DNA from: Cyanophora paradoxa CCMP329
Lineage: Eukaryota > Plantae > Glaucophyta
Reading direction: 5' to 3'
Assembly (NCBI GenBank): GCA_004431415.1
Contig: QPMI01000066.1
Location: 485,154-549,153, forward strand
Length of the DNA stretch: 64,000 nt
In this document: in pieces, positions 61,401-64,000 of the stretch
Numbering within the stretch: position 1 is the stretch's first letter
Layout of the letters: the number at the start of each line of letters is the position of its first letter
The notes under the pieces: generated by a model
The model's input: the letters and a program-made list of their open reading frames with translations, nothing else
Databases searched by the model: none
What the model was told of the DNA's origin: nothing
Translations under genes and position numbers: made by a program

Positions 61401-63841
61401 TATACAATGAAACCCTTTCGCGCCCTCTAGCTAGCCCCTCCCGATCCATCGATATCGTAACTCACGATCACGCTGCGTTCGCTTGCTCGCGCGCCAGCAA
61501 TGCGGCGGTGCTTGCGGCGTCGGGAACGTCGCTCCTCGTCGCGTGTGCAGCCACGGTCTCGTGCGCATGCGCATACGACTGCGCAGCCCGCCTCTTAACT
61601 GCGGCCGAGCATAACACGCCTGATCGCGATCACGACTGACGGGTACGGGTGCCGCAGGCACCACCTCCCTTCCGGCCGGGGCCGCCTGCCCTCGGGGGGC
61701 CTTCCCCTCCTCTGGGCCCTCCTGGGCGTGCCTGGTACATATATATTCGCTCTACCTGTTTTGATCATGTACCCTCTGAACCTGCCCGTGCGTACGCGCG
61801 CGTCTGCTGCCGCAGCGGCGCTCTCCTTGGCCTGTCTGCCCATGCGGGTGAATGCGAAGCCCTCCCGTCCCCCTCCCGGCCCCGCTCCCGGCCCCGGCCC
61901 CCGGCCCCCACCCCTCGCACCGGACGCCCCGCCCCAATCCGCCCCACGCCACGCGTGCAGCTGGCCTCGAGCTCGCACGAGGTCGACCTGTACGCGGCGG
62001 CCGCGATGGCCTGGGTGAGCCGACAACTCCCCCCCCCCCCCCCCCACCTCCCCACCCCCCACCCCCACCCCACCTGAGCCTGAGCCTGAGGCTCAGGTCG
62101 CCCGACTCTTCTTCTTCCTGAGCCTGACGCGGCGGGCGGGCCACTACGTCGTCATGGTCCGCCGCATGGTCGCCGGCGACATCTTCAAGGTCCGATCGAT
62201 TTTGCTCGCCGCGGCCGGTTGCTATAGCTAGCTATATAGCAGGGCAATCGCGATCGATTGCATTTATTATTGTGACTTGACTCGACTCGGGGGCGCCCCG
62301 GCGTCGGCGACCTCGGCGCGCAGTTCGCGATGCTCTTCTGCAGCGTCCTCCTCGCCTTCTCGCTCGCGTTCCGCCTCGAGATGATGGGGGCGCACCCGGC
62401 CGCGACCGCGGCCGGGGCCGGGGCCGCGGAGGACGGCTGCTCCTTCGGGGACGTGCCCGATGCCGCCCTCTGCCTCGTGCGCAGCGCCGGCTCGCCCGCC
62501 CCGCCTAGCCTCGAGTCTAAAAATAGAACCGCCTCACAGTGAAGAAGTGATAAAAAACATAAAACATAAAACTCGATGCCTCTTGCGCGCGCGGCTCGCG
62601 ATGGCCCGCCTCGAGTCTAAAATTAGAACCGCTCTCACGCGATGCTGGGGCAGAACCCGCCGGGCGTTTACAATTAGAACCGCCCTCGCGCTCGCCCGCT
62701 TTAAACCGCCCCGGCCGGGGGCCCGGCCCGGCCCGCCCTCACGCGCATCGCGCCCGGCCCCCGCGCGCAGTTCCACGCGATGCTGGGGCAGTCCTCCCTC
62801 CTGCAGGCGATCCCTAACGTGCGCAAAAGATACTTATATTTATCGCTCGTTGCAATTTGAATCAGCCGCCGAATCGCCGCACGACGCGCGTGCAGGCGAA
62901 CAGCCCGCGCTTCGCTGCCCTCCTCTCCGTTCTCTACCAAGCCTCCACCCAGGTGAGAACGTGCACGTGTACCCCCGCCGAAATTCGCCCCGCCCGACGC
63001 CTGCCCCTTTTTTCTCCAGATCCTGCTTCTCAACCTCCTCATCGGTACCCCCCGGCCCCGCTTGATTATAAGCTTTGCCCTAGCTTGCTCCGTCTGATTG
63101 CGGGCGGCCGGCCGGCCGGGCGCCGTCTCTGCAGCCATGTTCGCGAACACGTTCGAGCGTGTGGAGGGGGAGGCGGAGGGGCAGGCGATGCTCGCCCGCG
63201 CCCGCGGGATCCTCCTCATCGACAGGCGCGCCCTCCCTTACATCCTCCCTCCTTTGAGCTTTAGCTCAAGCTTAGCTTAAAGCTTTAAGCTTTACGCTTA
63301 AATATAAGCTCTTCTTCTTTAAGCTTGCGCTTGAAGCAGTCTGACGGCGCCGTTCCGCCCGTTCCTGGAGTACGAGGGGGTGCTGGCGCGGCCCTCGGCG
63401 CGCACGGGGCTGCCCTCCCGCTACTTGCTCTTCGAGGTGCGCATGCGCCGGACGGGACCCGGGGCAGCCGGGCGCCGGGCGCCGCGGCGAGCTCGAGCGC
63501 CGGGCGACGCCCCTCGGAGCTCGCGATCGATCGCGAGGATCACAAGGGCTCAGGTGAAGGATGGCGCGGACGAGGAGCGCTCGGCGGACGAGCTCGAGGC
63601 GCCCGCGCCATCGACGTCGACGTCGGCCCCGCGGTCGACGCTGGCGTGCTCGAGCTCCACGCGCACGCGCCCGGGAGCCCCGCGCTCGAGCTCGAGCTCG
63701 AGCTTGGTCATGAGGAGGCCCCGCGGCCAGCTGCAGCCGCAGGGACCGCCCCTCCCGCAGTCAGAGCTCGAGGGGGCGAGGGGTGTAGGCAGCGAGGCCC
63801 AGCCGAGCACTGGCCCAGTAATTCCACTGGATAGTAGCTAG
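58447..63841 (+). CDS. TRPV-like cation channel (ankyrin repeats + 6TM)
   Basis: GETLMHV, ATGSFF..YLGETVLAFA, DGHGNTALHMAVIH, RNKMGLTP, WRFGPVT-SYLFDLTELD, KWRTFAR, GHYVVMVRRMVAGDIFKF and LLLNLLIAMFANTF. Confidence 0.88.
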
Positions 63842-64000
63842 CGCGCCGCCTCTCCCCCTGTGCCCGGCCCCTCTTCCTTGCGAAACTTGTGAATTGTATA
63901 GAAATAGCCTAGTAGTCCCCTTCGAGGCCCTAGGCCTTATTATCCGCTAGATTACTACATGTAGTTTATGCTAGTTCCTTATCATAGTATCGTATTATAA

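Noticed and set aside
800-63800. Hundreds of Arg/Pro/Gly/Ala-rich ORFs in the supplied track
   Set aside because: They are expected shadow ORFs of high-GC DNA, and most are off-frame or antisense to spliced genes.
7368-63841. Introner-type mobile intron family
   Set aside because: Introns share short motifs and C-richness, but I saw no extended similarity, terminal inverted repeats or target-site duplications between introns of unrelated genes; an all-versus-all alignment would settle it.

Overview
This is GC-rich, intron-dense eukaryotic nuclear DNA, probably from a protist or alga; the species cannot be established from sequence alone. The ORF track is mostly misleading because genes are split into short exons by introns of about 60-110 nt that are C-rich on the sense strand. 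Splicing by hand gives about 20 protein-coding genes. The clearly recognisable ones are SUCLG1, COG4, CCDC77, METTL18/HPM1, cysteine synthase, two inverted ADP-ribosylglycohydrolase paralogs, DUF4291, an mpaB/DUF2236 oxygenase and a TRPV-like channel. The others are BTB/POZ, NHL-repeat, F-box/LRR, RING, PH-like/Zn-finger, multi-C2/KCTD-BTB, cyclase-anchor-like multipass membrane and EF-hand-TM-Hog(Hint) proteins, plus two unknowns. Splicing highlights: a textbook U12-type AT-AC intron in METTL18, a very high rate of GC 5' splice sites (7/25 in COG4, 6/12 in cysK), and long introns containing duplicated exon/donor junctions. Protein highlights: a cysteine synthase with a spliced-on polybasic CaaX tail, and a Hog domain whose catalytic Cys codon is split by an intron. 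Genome-organisation highlights: nearly strict head-to-head gene pairing, and region-specific palindromic motifs (GTAC versus CTAG/AGCT/GATC). No rRNA, tRNA, CRISPR array or autonomous transposon was recognised. Exon boundaries are manual inferences, and CDS coordinates give start-to-stop spans including introns.
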